Part shown: in pieces, positions 50,408-58,595 of the stretch
Layout: the number at the start of each line of letters is the position of its first letter
Numbering within the stretch: position 1 is the stretch's first letter
Source: Longimicrobiales bacterium
GTDB lineage: Bacteria; Gemmatimonadota; Gemmatimonadetes; Longimicrobiales; Gaopeijiaceae
Assembly (NCBI GenBank): GCA_965116905.1
Contig: OZ220732.1
Span: 2,976,001-3,040,000, forward strand
Length of the DNA: 64,000 bases
Reading direction: 5' to 3'
Made by a program: the position numbers and the translations under genes
The notes under the pieces: generated by a model
Databases searched by the model: none
What the model was told of the DNA's origin: nothing
Seen by the model: the letters and a program-made list of their open reading frames with translations, nothing else

Positions 50408-51516
50408 GACGCCGCCTCGCTGCCTGCCAGCGGCGGACCGGGAGCATTCTTGTCCAGGAGGACCGCGATCCATTTCAGATCCTTCGTATTCTCGAGCATG
50501 ATCTTGACAATCATGGTAAGGGGGACGGACAGCAGCGCGCCCAGGGGCCCCCAGAGCCAGCCCCAGAACACAAGCGAGAGGATCACGACGAGGGTGGACA
50601 GGCCGAGCCGCCGACCCATCAGCGTCGGTTCGAGCCAGTTCCCGAACACGATGTTCACCGCCAGGTAGCCGGCGCCCACGATCAGCGTCGATTGCAGATC
50701 CAGTCCCACGAAGGCAGCGGTCTGCGGATCCACCTCAATGAGCGCCAGGAGCACCGCGGGCACCGATGCGATCACCGAACCGATGGTGGGCACGTAGTTC
50801 AAGGCGAAAGCGATCAGCCCCAGGAGGACGGGCAGCTCGATCCCCATGATCCAGGTCCACGTTCCCAGGAGCACGCCCGTGGCGATGCTCACGAGCGTCT
50901 TGATCACAAGATACCCCTGAACCTCGTCCACGACCTTCCGCATGCGCTCGTCCGAAGCGATTCCGTCGCCCGCGATCGCGCGCAGCTTGTGGGGAAGGAC
51001 CGCCGCCTCGCCGAGCGCGAACGCCAGGATCAGAAAGACGAGGAAGACGGTCGACAGGAACGAGAAGGCCCAGGTGGTCGCACCAGTGGCCAGAGCCGCC
51101 AGCAGAGGAAGATCAAACAGCCCCTGGAACGCGTCCATGATCTCGCCCTCCTCAACGAAGGGCCACCAGGCCGTGAACCCCTGCAGCATTCCCTCGAGCG
51201 GCACCTGCAGCGCGTCGATCTGAATCTGAACGCGCGCCACCAGGTCCGGGAGCTGAAGGCTGGCGATCAGGATCAGGAGGCCGAGCAGGGACGCCACCGC
51301 CAGAACCGTCACCAGGATCGCCAGGAACTGGGGCACGCGCCTGTTCTTCAGCCAGAAGACAAGGGGGAGAAAGATTACGGCAAGGAACAGCGCCACCGCG
51401 GTGGGCAGCAGAACCGGCTGGGCGAAGCGCAGGCCCTGGATCACGATTACCGCTACCGCGAGTGTGAAGAGGAAGCGCAGCCCGGGGTTTTGATCCAGTT
51501 GGTCGAAGACCATCAC
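50404..51516 (-). CDS. AI-2E family transporter
   Basis: YLVIKTLVS, LNYVPTIGS, GNWLEPTLMG..GLSTLVVILSLVFWGWLWGPLGALLSVPLT. Confidence 0.92.
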   Translation of the reverse strand: MMVFDQLDQNPGLRFLFTLAVAVIVIQGLRFAQPVLLPTAVALFLAVIFLPLVFWLKNRRVPQFLAILVTVLAVASLLGLLILIASLQLPDLVARVQIQIDALQVPLEGMLQGFTAWWPFVEEGEIMDAFQGLFDLPLLAALATGATTWAFSFLSTVFLVFLILAFALGEAAVLPHKLRAIAGDGIASDERMRKVVDEVQGYLVIKTLVSIATGVLLGTWTWIMGIELPVLLGLIAFALNYVPTIGSVIASVPAVLLALIEVDPQTAAFVGLDLQSTLIVGAGYLAVNIVFGNWLEPTLMGRRLGLSTLVVILSLVFWGWLWGPLGALLSVPLTMIVKIMLENTKDLKWIAVLLDKNAPGPPLAGSEAAS

Positions 51517-51556
51517 GTTAGCTTTGAATGAGGCTCCTCAAGGTAGGTGAAGTCTA

Positions 51557-51961
51557 ATGGGCAAGCCGATATCAGCGAAATACCCGGCACCGCGTTCCGA
51601 CCCCCCAGCCGAACCGGATCGAAGAGCTGGAGCGCGGGCGCTGCTGTCCGCCTGCCGCGTGGATACCTTCCGCTCCGGAGGGAAGGGCGGACAGCATCAG
51701 AACAAGGTCGAGACGGGCGTGCGCCTCACACACGAACCCACCGGGATCGTGGCGACTTCGCGACGGCACCGCTCACGGCACCGCAACCTGGAAGAGGCTC
51801 TCCGCACGCTGGAAGGCAAGCTGGCCGATCACTTCCGGGAGCCGCCTCCACGAATCCCCACCGCCGTGCCGAAGCGCGAGAAGCGGCGCCGCCGCGAGGA
51901 AAAGCTGAAACGATCGCGGCTCAAGCGCCTGCGCCGGAAACCGGATCCCGACAATCCCTGA
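51557..51961 (+). CDS. Codon-independent peptidyl-tRNA hydrolase, ArfB-like
   Basis: [15 protein letters not shown] domain only, plus a basic tail ([22 protein letters not shown]). Confidence 0.85.
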   Translation: MGKPISAKYPAPRSDPPAEPDRRAGARALLSACRVDTFRSGGKGGQHQNKVETGVRLTHEPTGIVATSRRHRSRHRNLEEALRTLEGKLADHFREPPPRIPTAVPKREKRRRREEKLKRSRLKRLRRKPDPDNP

Positions 51962-52012
51962 GCGCGCATCGGGCTGTCCTCCGACCCCGGGCGTCCGACC
52001 CTGGGCGCCCGA

Positions 52013-52840
52013 TCAGCAGACGATCGGAATCAGCGGCTGTGGCCGGACAGCGATCCCTTCAACGTACGTCACCGTGTAGACGCGGATCTGGCCGCACCCG
52101 CGGATGACTTCGACCCGGTACACCTCGCTCGTGGGCAGCGTCGCCAGTTCCTGCACTCCCCCGAAGGCGGGCGCGTCGTCCACGAAGACCCGCGGGCGCT
52201 GGGGCGTGGTGCCGCGGGTGCGTATGCAGTCGCGCCGCTGCGTGAAGGGACTGGTCGTAGAGAGGTCTTCGAAGCAGGGAACGAATTCGAATGCCGGCTG
52301 ACTGTGGAGAAACTGGGCCACGTTGAAGTCCGGCGCGAACCGCAGGGCTTCCTCCCCGTAGGCGTTGGTCAGGTACGGAAGCTCGCGCAGCCTCGTCGTC
52401 AGACGGTCCACAAAGACCTCGATGCCCTCGAGTACGATCGGCTTCGGAATGACCGCGATCTCGATGAACTGCCCCTCCCGGATGTCGAGCACCTGTATCA
52501 GGTCCGCGTACCCGATGCGGGACACGAGGACCGGGCTCGGTCCCGGTGGCACGTCCGAAATGCTGAACCGTCCGTTTTCCCCCGTGACGCCCAGAATGAT
52601 CGAGCCATCGAGACGCCGGGTTCCCTCGAGGCGCACGACCGCCCCCTCGACCGGCTCGCCCCGATAGGTATCGACGACCTCGCCGGCAAAGGTGACGGGC
52701 GAGGTCGAGCCCGCCTGGGCGGTCGCCGGCGGGACGCCCCCGAAGGCGGCCGCAACGATCCCCGCGACCGCTCCCGCACAAGGCAGCGCCGACATGGGCC
52801 GGCGCCCGGCGGGCACCGCGCTCGGACGCACCCCGGCCAT
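52013..52840 (-). CDS. Secreted carboxypeptidase-regulatory-like domain plus TonB-plug-like domain protein
   Basis: GEVVD..PVEGAVV, TGENGRF, VSRIGY, then PRVFVDD..EVYRVEVIRGCGQIRVYT; no beta-barrel. Confidence 0.75.
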   Translation of the reverse strand: MAGVRPSAVPAGRRPMSALPCAGAVAGIVAAAFGGVPPATAQAGSTSPVTFAGEVVDTYRGEPVEGAVVRLEGTRRLDGSIILGVTGENGRFSISDVPPGPSPVLVSRIGYADLIQVLDIREGQFIEIAVIPKPIVLEGIEVFVDRLTTRLRELPYLTNAYGEEALRFAPDFNVAQFLHSQPAFEFVPCFEDLSTTSPFTQRRDCIRTRGTTPQRPRVFVDDAPAFGGVQELATLPTSEVYRVEVIRGCGQIRVYTVTYVEGIAVRPQPLIPIVC

Positions 52841-52845
52841 GGAGG

Positions 52846-53319
52846 TCAGCTCACGCTGCGCACAGCGTCGACGATCTCGGCGAACGGCGGCAGCACCCCG
52901 GGATCGTCACTGACCCATGCGAACCCGACGCTGCCCTCTGCGTCCACCACGAACACGGACCTCTTGGCCACCCCCTGGAGCCCGAAGAAATCCTGCTCGA
53001 GCACCCCGTAGGCCTCGGCGGCCGTCTTGTTGAAGTCGGACAGAATGGGGAACGGCACCCCCATGTCGCTCTTCCACTTCTGGTTCACGAACGGAGAGTC
53101 GATGCTGATGCCGTAGATTCGGGCGCCCAGACCACCCCACACGTCCCAGTGCTCGCCAACGTGGCAGAACTCCTCGGTGCAGACGCCGCTGAAGGCGAGA
53201 GGCACGAACATCAGCACGACCGGCTGACCGCGGTGCTCGCTCAGCGTCACCGGGTCGCGCCCGAAGACTTCGTGCAGGGTGAAATCAGGCGCCTGCTGTC
53301 CAACGGATAACTCACTCAC
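52846..53319 (-). CDS. 1-Cys peroxiredoxin (AhpE-like)
   Basis: GQQAPDFTL, PLAFSGVCTEE, GISIDS, LSDFN, KRSVFVVD; a second Cys follows in TEEFC. Confidence 0.85.
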   Translation of the reverse strand: MSELSVGQQAPDFTLHEVFGRDPVTLSEHRGQPVVLMFVPLAFSGVCTEEFCHVGEHWDVWGGLGARIYGISIDSPFVNQKWKSDMGVPFPILSDFNKTAAEAYGVLEQDFFGLQGVAKRSVFVVDAEGSVGFAWVSDDPGVLPPFAEIVDAVRSVS

Positions 53320-53340
53320 GCGCTACCTGTCCTTTTCATG

Positions 53341-53376
53341 CATTGGTGTGTCCTCCAACATTGGTGTGTCCTCCAA
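53341..53376. repeat. Perfect 18-bp tandem duplication containing SD plus ATG
   Basis: cattggtgtgtcctccaa x2; minus strand TTGGAGGACACACCAATG. Confidence 0.85.
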
Positions 53377-53388
53377 GGTAACAGGCCG

Positions 53389-54480
53389 TCATCCGCCGTC
53401 GGAAACCGACCCCGGCCTGCTGCTGTGCCTCGTCCATATCAGCACCACCCCGCACGCGTTGCCACGGTATTCGACCGGGGCCCGGCTCCCCCAGTACACC
53501 TCCGCGAGCTCCACCCAGTCCGGGGGAATCTGGTCGATGTTCACCGATCCCTCGATGTCGACCCCGAAGGGAATCCCGTCGACGTACACCGAAAGCTGAC
53601 AGTTGCTCGGGGCCATCAGCACGGACCGGTAGGTCGACTCGCGACTGATCTTGAGGCCCGGAATGTGAGAGAACGCGTCCGAGATGCGAGGAGAACCCCT
53701 TTCCTCGATGGCACGCTTCGTGAGCAGGTGCATCACCCGTCCCTGATCCATGCGCCGATACACGCCGTTCGCCTCCAGAAACTGGGAACGGACCTCGACC
53801 CGGAGGGGGCGCAGCGGCACCGCCTCGATCGTCATCTCCACTTCGACAGCCGTCGTGTGATCCGGATGAAGCGTGACGGGCTCGGTGCGCGAGGCATAGC
53901 CGATCATCTCCACCTGGAGCTGTACCGCCTGGGATCCAAGGTCCCTGAACTCGGCGCGCCCGTCAGCGTTGGTCACCGCCATGGCGCCGTCCGCGAGGGT
54001 TACCGTCGCGCCTTCGATCGGACGTGCCCCGTAGGCCTCGACGACCTTGACCACCAGTCGTGACGGAGCGCCCGGTTCGCCTTCGTCCGCCTGGCTCATG
54101 CGCAGCACGAAGTCCCCGGGCCTGATGACCTGGAAGTCGCCGCGCAACGTCGCGTAACCGCCCTTTCGGACGGTCAGCATGTAGTCCCCGACCGGCGCAT
54201 CGAAGGAAACGCGTCCGTCCTCGCCCGTCACATAGCGGTTGGCGAGGCCGGAGAGCTCCAGGACGGCACCAAGCAGGTCGGCGCTCGTGTCGACATCCTG
54301 GATCCGCGCGGTAATGCGCACGACGTCCGGCTCATTCTCGCTCTGGGCGTGCGCGGCGCCAGGGAGGACGGCGCCCGCAAGGGGGAGCGCCACGAGGGCG
54401 GCAGCGACCCGGAGTCCGCGAATGCAGCCCGGCGCAGCGAGCTTGACCGACAACGTTGGTTTCGGCGCCATGGCATGCAT
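53389..54480 (-). CDS. Secreted protein with two carboxypeptidase-regulatory-like domains and a TonB-plug-like domain
   Basis: Signal peptide; two T.EDG/T.ADG..GY modules; SDAFSHIPGL, VYVDG, IPPDWVELAEVYWG, CGVVLIWTR; no barrel. Confidence 0.78.
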   Translation of the reverse strand: MHAMAPKPTLSVKLAAPGCIRGLRVAAALVALPLAGAVLPGAAHAQSENEPDVVRITARIQDVDTSADLLGAVLELSGLANRYVTGEDGRVSFDAPVGDYMLTVRKGGYATLRGDFQVIRPGDFVLRMSQADEGEPGAPSRLVVKVVEAYGARPIEGATVTLADGAMAVTNADGRAEFRDLGSQAVQLQVEMIGYASRTEPVTLHPDHTTAVEVEMTIEAVPLRPLRVEVRSQFLEANGVYRRMDQGRVMHLLTKRAIEERGSPRISDAFSHIPGLKISRESTYRSVLMAPSNCQLSVYVDGIPFGVDIEGSVNIDQIPPDWVELAEVYWGSRAPVEYRGNACGVVLIWTRHSSRPGSVSDGG

Positions 54481-54515
54481 CGGCTACCCTCCCGCTTGGG
54501 CCCCTTTCCACATGT

Positions 54516-54543
54516 ATAGTACCATTCGCGTCGGCGGTGACAA
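54516..54543 (-). promoter_or_regulatory. Sigma70-like promoter
   Basis: TTGTCA-16nt-TACTAT with TG extension; GGGAGG SD downstream. Confidence 0.55.
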
Positions 54544-54686
54544 GCGGAGGACGGCTCACCGGCCGAACACCGCCGGCGGCAGGGACCCCGACGGGACCCG
54601 TCACCCCCCAGCCCTCGCGCGCGGCCCGCGCACTCGCTGGCGAGCGCGTGTTCACTGGCGAAGAGGTACCGTTCCGGTCTATAATT

Positions 54687-57155
54687 ATGGCTATGAGCAA
54701 ATACGCCATTGCGTTGCTGGCGGCGGGCGCTCTGAGCCTCGGCCTGGCCGGGTCCGCCGGGACGCCGTCGTACGTTCTTGAGGACGCCCCTCCGGGCCAT
54801 GATGCATCGGCCGCGCGCGGCCCCCTGGCAACCGCCGACGAGTCGCCGACGGAAGTGGCGAACGAGGTCGTTGCACAGTACTGCGTCCGATGCCACAGCG
54901 AGCGCCGAAGGGTTGGCGACCTCGTGCTCGAGGGATTCGATATCGCGGAGGCCTCCGAGCGCGGTCCGACGATCGAGAAGATGATCCGCAAGCTGCGAGC
55001 GGGGATGATGCCTCCTCAGGGGGTGCGGCGTCCCGAGCCGGAAGTGATCACCGCCATGGCGAGCGAACTCGAGACCGCGATGGACGAGCTCGCCGCGCGG
55101 GACCCGAACCCGGGACGGCGGACCTTCCAGCGGCTCAACCGCGCCGAGTACGCGGCGGCCGTCAGGGATCTCCTCGGGGTCGACATCGATGTGAGCTCGT
55201 TTCTGCCGCTCGACACCAAGAGCGCCAACTTCGACAACATCGCCGACGTCCAGATGCCCTCCGCGACCGTGATGGAAGGCTACCTGCGCGCCGCCGGGCA
55301 GATCAGCAGGCTCGCGCTCGGCGACCCCGAGGCGGAGGTGTCGTCGGCCATCTACCGGATCCCGCGGGTAGCGTCGCAGAAGGACCGCGTAGAGGGCGCA
55401 CCCATCGGTACCCGGGGCGGGCTTTCGGTCATGCACAACTTCCCCGCCGACGGGAAGTACGTGTTCCACATCATGCCCTACGCCGCCGTCGAGGGAGAGG
55501 TCTTCGGACGGACGTTCGGGACCGAGCAGCTCGAGGTATCCATCGACGGCGCCCGGGTGTCGCTGCTCACCATCGACCGCTGGATGTCGGAATCGGAGCC
55601 CACCGGGCTCAACATCCGGACGGATTCCATCTACGTCACGGCGGGACAGAAGCGCGTTTCGGTGGCCTTCATCCGCCAGTTCGAGGGCGCGGTGGACGAC
55701 CTGATCAGGCCGATCGACCACACCCTCGCCGACGGACAGATCGGGATCGGCCTGGGGGTGACAACCCAGCAGCACCTGCAGCGCGTCACCGTTCTCGGGC
55801 CCTTCGGCGTCACCGGCGTATCGGACACGCCGGCGCGGCGCGCGGTCTTCACCTGCCGGCCCACGTCGCCCGAAGAGGAAGGGCCCTGCGCCCGGCAGAT
55901 CCTCGCGCACCTCGCCACGAGGGCCTATCGGCGCCCCGCGATCGACCGCGACGTCGACGGCCTCATGAGCTTCTACGAACAGGGCGCGGGCGACGGCGGC
56001 TTCGAGAAGGGTGTCCGCACGGCCCTGCAGGCCATCCTGGCGAGCCCCCACTTCATCTTCCGCCTCGAACGGCTGCCTTCCGAGGTCGGGCCCGGCGGCG
56101 TGTACGCGATCGACGACCTGGACCTCGCGTCCCGGCTCTCGTTCTTCCTCTGGGGCGCGCCCCCGGACGAGGACCTCCTGGAGGCGGCCCGGACCGGTGC
56201 GCTCTCCGATGCCGTGCAGCTGGACGGTCACGCGCGACGCATGCTCGCCGATCCCCGCTCCGGGGCGCTGGCGACACGTTTCGCCGCGCAGTGGCTGAGG
56301 CTGCAGGACATCGAGGACATCCACCCGGACGCGCTCACCTTCCCCTACTTCGACCAGACGCTGGCCGACGCGATGGTGCGGGAGACCGAGCTCTTCTTCT
56401 CTCACCTGGTCGAGGAAGACCGGCCCGTCCTGGAGCTGCTGACGGCGGACTACACCTTCGTGAACGAGCGGTTGGCACGACACTACGGGATCACCGGTGT
56501 CGTGGGCCCCGATTTCGGCAGGGTTTCCTATCCCACCGACAATCGCCGCGGGCTCCTGGGCCACGGCAGCGTCCTCACCCTGACCTCCCACCCCGACCGC
56601 ACATCTCCGGTTTTGCGCGGCAAGTGGGTGCTCGAGGTCCTGCTGGGCGCCCCCCCTCCCCCGCCTCCGCCGGACATCCCCGCCTTCGAGGAGACCGCCG
56701 CGGCCGAAGAGGGACGCTTTCTTACGGTGAGGGAGCGCATGGAGGAGCACCGCGCGAACCCGGCCTGCAGTTCGTGCCACAACGTCATCGACCCGCTCGG
56801 GCTCGCGCTCGAGAACTTCGATGTAACCGGCGCCTGGCGGATCCGGGACGAAGGCAACCCGGTCGATCCCGTGGGCACGATGTACGATGGCACCGAGCTG
56901 GCGGGACCCGCCGACCTGCGCAGCGCGCTTCTGTCCGTTTCCGACGTCGTCGTCAGCACCTTTGCCGAGAACCTGATGGCGTACGCACTGGGCCGGCGAG
57001 TCGAGTACTATGACATGCCCACGATCCGGCAGATCATCCGGGACGCGTCGGAAGACGACTATCGCGTATCGGCGTTCATCCTGGGCGTCGTGAACAGCCC
57101 CGCCTTCCGGATGGCGAGCATGGGCACCATCGCCGAGGAAGAAGCCGAATTCTGA
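54687..57155 (+). CDS. DUF1592-family (DUF1587/1595/1592/1588/1585) c-type heme protein
   Basis: Signal peptide, CVRCH, KLRAGMMPP, RLNRAEY, LASRLSFFLW, FAAQWL, RTSPVLRGKWV, CSSCH..DPLG, YALGR; start 54687 or 54693. Confidence 0.88.
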   Translation: MAMSKYAIALLAAGALSLGLAGSAGTPSYVLEDAPPGHDASAARGPLATADESPTEVANEVVAQYCVRCHSERRRVGDLVLEGFDIAEASERGPTIEKMIRKLRAGMMPPQGVRRPEPEVITAMASELETAMDELAARDPNPGRRTFQRLNRAEYAAAVRDLLGVDIDVSSFLPLDTKSANFDNIADVQMPSATVMEGYLRAAGQISRLALGDPEAEVSSAIYRIPRVASQKDRVEGAPIGTRGGLSVMHNFPADGKYVFHIMPYAAVEGEVFGRTFGTEQLEVSIDGARVSLLTIDRWMSESEPTGLNIRTDSIYVTAGQKRVSVAFIRQFEGAVDDLIRPIDHTLADGQIGIGLGVTTQQHLQRVTVLGPFGVTGVSDTPARRAVFTCRPTSPEEEGPCARQILAHLATRAYRRPAIDRDVDGLMSFYEQGAGDGGFEKGVRTALQAILASPHFIFRLERLPSEVGPGGVYAIDDLDLASRLSFFLWGAPPDEDLLEAARTGALSDAVQLDGHARRMLADPRSGALATRFAAQWLRLQDIEDIHPDALTFPYFDQTLADAMVRETELFFSHLVEEDRPVLELLTADYTFVNERLARHYGITGVVGPDFGRVSYPTDNRRGLLGHGSVLTLTSHPDRTSPVLRGKWVLEVLLGAPPPPPPPDIPAFEETAAAEEGRFLTVRERMEEHRANPACSSCHNVIDPLGLALENFDVTGAWRIRDEGNPVDPVGTMYDGTELAGPADLRSALLSVSDVVVSTFAENLMAYALGRRVEYYDMPTIRQIIRDASEDDYRVSAFILGVVNSPAFRMASMGTIAEEEAEF

Positions 57156-57198
57156 CGCAGATCCGTTCCACACCCCCGACGAGGGAGGTTCGAAACAA

Positions 57199-58587
57199 AT
57201 GCGATACCTGACCGGCAAGCACATTTCGCGGCGCGCAATGCTCAAGGGCGCCGGGGCGGCTGTCGGCCTGCCCCTTCTGGATGCCATGATCCCGGCCGGG
57301 CGGTTGTGGGCGGCCACGGAAGCCGGAAAGGCGGCCAGCCGAACCCGGGTGGTGTGCATCGAGCAGGTGCATGGCGCCGCCGGTTGCAACGACTGGGGCA
57401 GGTCCCAGAACCTGTGGTCACCCGCGGAGACGGGACGCGACTTCGACCTGACGTCCAGCAGCCTGCGGCCAATGGAGTCGTTCAGGAAGTACCTGACGAT
57501 CATTAGCGACACCGACGCGAGGATGGCCGACGCCTACGCTCCCGCGGAGATCGGCGGGGACCACTTCCGGACCAGCGCCGTCTTCCTCACGCAGGCTCAT
57601 CCCAAGCAGACCGAGGGTTCCGACGTGCGCGTGGGGACCTCGTTCGATCAGCTGTACGTGCAGCGCTTCGGCCAGGATACGCCGATCCCGTCCCTGCAGC
57701 TGTCCATCGAGAACGTCGATCAGGCCGGGGGATGCGCCTACGGCTACGCGTGCGTGTACACGGATACGATCAGCTGGGCCTCGCCAACCGAGCCTCTGCC
57801 GATGATCCGCGACCCGAGAGCCGTCTTCGAACAGCTCTTCGGGGCCGGGGGAACGCCCGAACAGCGCGCGGAGCGCCTGAGCACCGACCGGAGCATCCTC
57901 GATTGGGTCAGGGGCGAGATGTCGATGATGCGCCGCAAGCTCGACCCGGCCGACGTCCACAGACTGGACCAGTACGCGAACAACATCCGGGAGCTTGAAC
58001 AGCGGATCCAGCGGATCGAGGCGCAGAACTCGAGCGGCGAGGAGCGGGCGATTCCAGAAGCCCCGGTAGGCGTCCCTGATTCGTTCGAGGAGCACGTAAA
58101 GCTGATGTTCGACCTGCAGGTGCTCGCCTTCCAGTCGGACACGACGCGCGTGTTCTCGTTCAAGCTGGGCCGCGACGCCTCGCCGCGGGTCTATCCCGAG
58201 TCGGGCGTGGACGCACCCTTCCACGCGTCGTCCCACCACGGGGGCCGCGAGGACCGGGTTCGCCAGTTCGGCAAGATCAACGAGTACCACGTGTCGATGG
58301 TGCCGTACTTCCTGGAGAAGCTGCAGGCGGTGACCGAGGGCGACGCCACGCTCCTCGACAAGACGCTCCTCATGTACGGCTCCGCGATGGCCGACAGCAA
58401 CCTCCACAACCACACCCGCTGCCCGCTCTTCCTGGCGGGAGGCGCCAACGGCCTCCTCGAGGGCGAACAGCACATCCGGGCGCAACCCGGCACGCCGATG
58501 GCCAACGTGATGCTGAGCCTCCTGCACAAGCTGGGCGCCGACGATATCAGGAAGTTCGGGAACAGCACGGGCCACTTCGCGATCTAG
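57199..58587 (+). CDS. DUF1552 (HxxSHH) family protein, Tat substrate
   Basis: ISRRAMLKG..LPLLDAM, GGDH, GGCAYGYACVY, FHASSHH; GGGAGG SD. Confidence 0.9.
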   Translation: MRYLTGKHISRRAMLKGAGAAVGLPLLDAMIPAGRLWAATEAGKAASRTRVVCIEQVHGAAGCNDWGRSQNLWSPAETGRDFDLTSSSLRPMESFRKYLTIISDTDARMADAYAPAEIGGDHFRTSAVFLTQAHPKQTEGSDVRVGTSFDQLYVQRFGQDTPIPSLQLSIENVDQAGGCAYGYACVYTDTISWASPTEPLPMIRDPRAVFEQLFGAGGTPEQRAERLSTDRSILDWVRGEMSMMRRKLDPADVHRLDQYANNIRELEQRIQRIEAQNSSGEERAIPEAPVGVPDSFEEHVKLMFDLQVLAFQSDTTRVFSFKLGRDASPRVYPESGVDAPFHASSHHGGREDRVRQFGKINEYHVSMVPYFLEKLQAVTEGDATLLDKTLLMYGSAMADSNLHNHTRCPLFLAGGANGLLEGEQHIRAQPGTPMANVMLSLLHKLGADDIRKFGNSTGHFAI

Positions 58588-58595
58588 GAGGTGGG

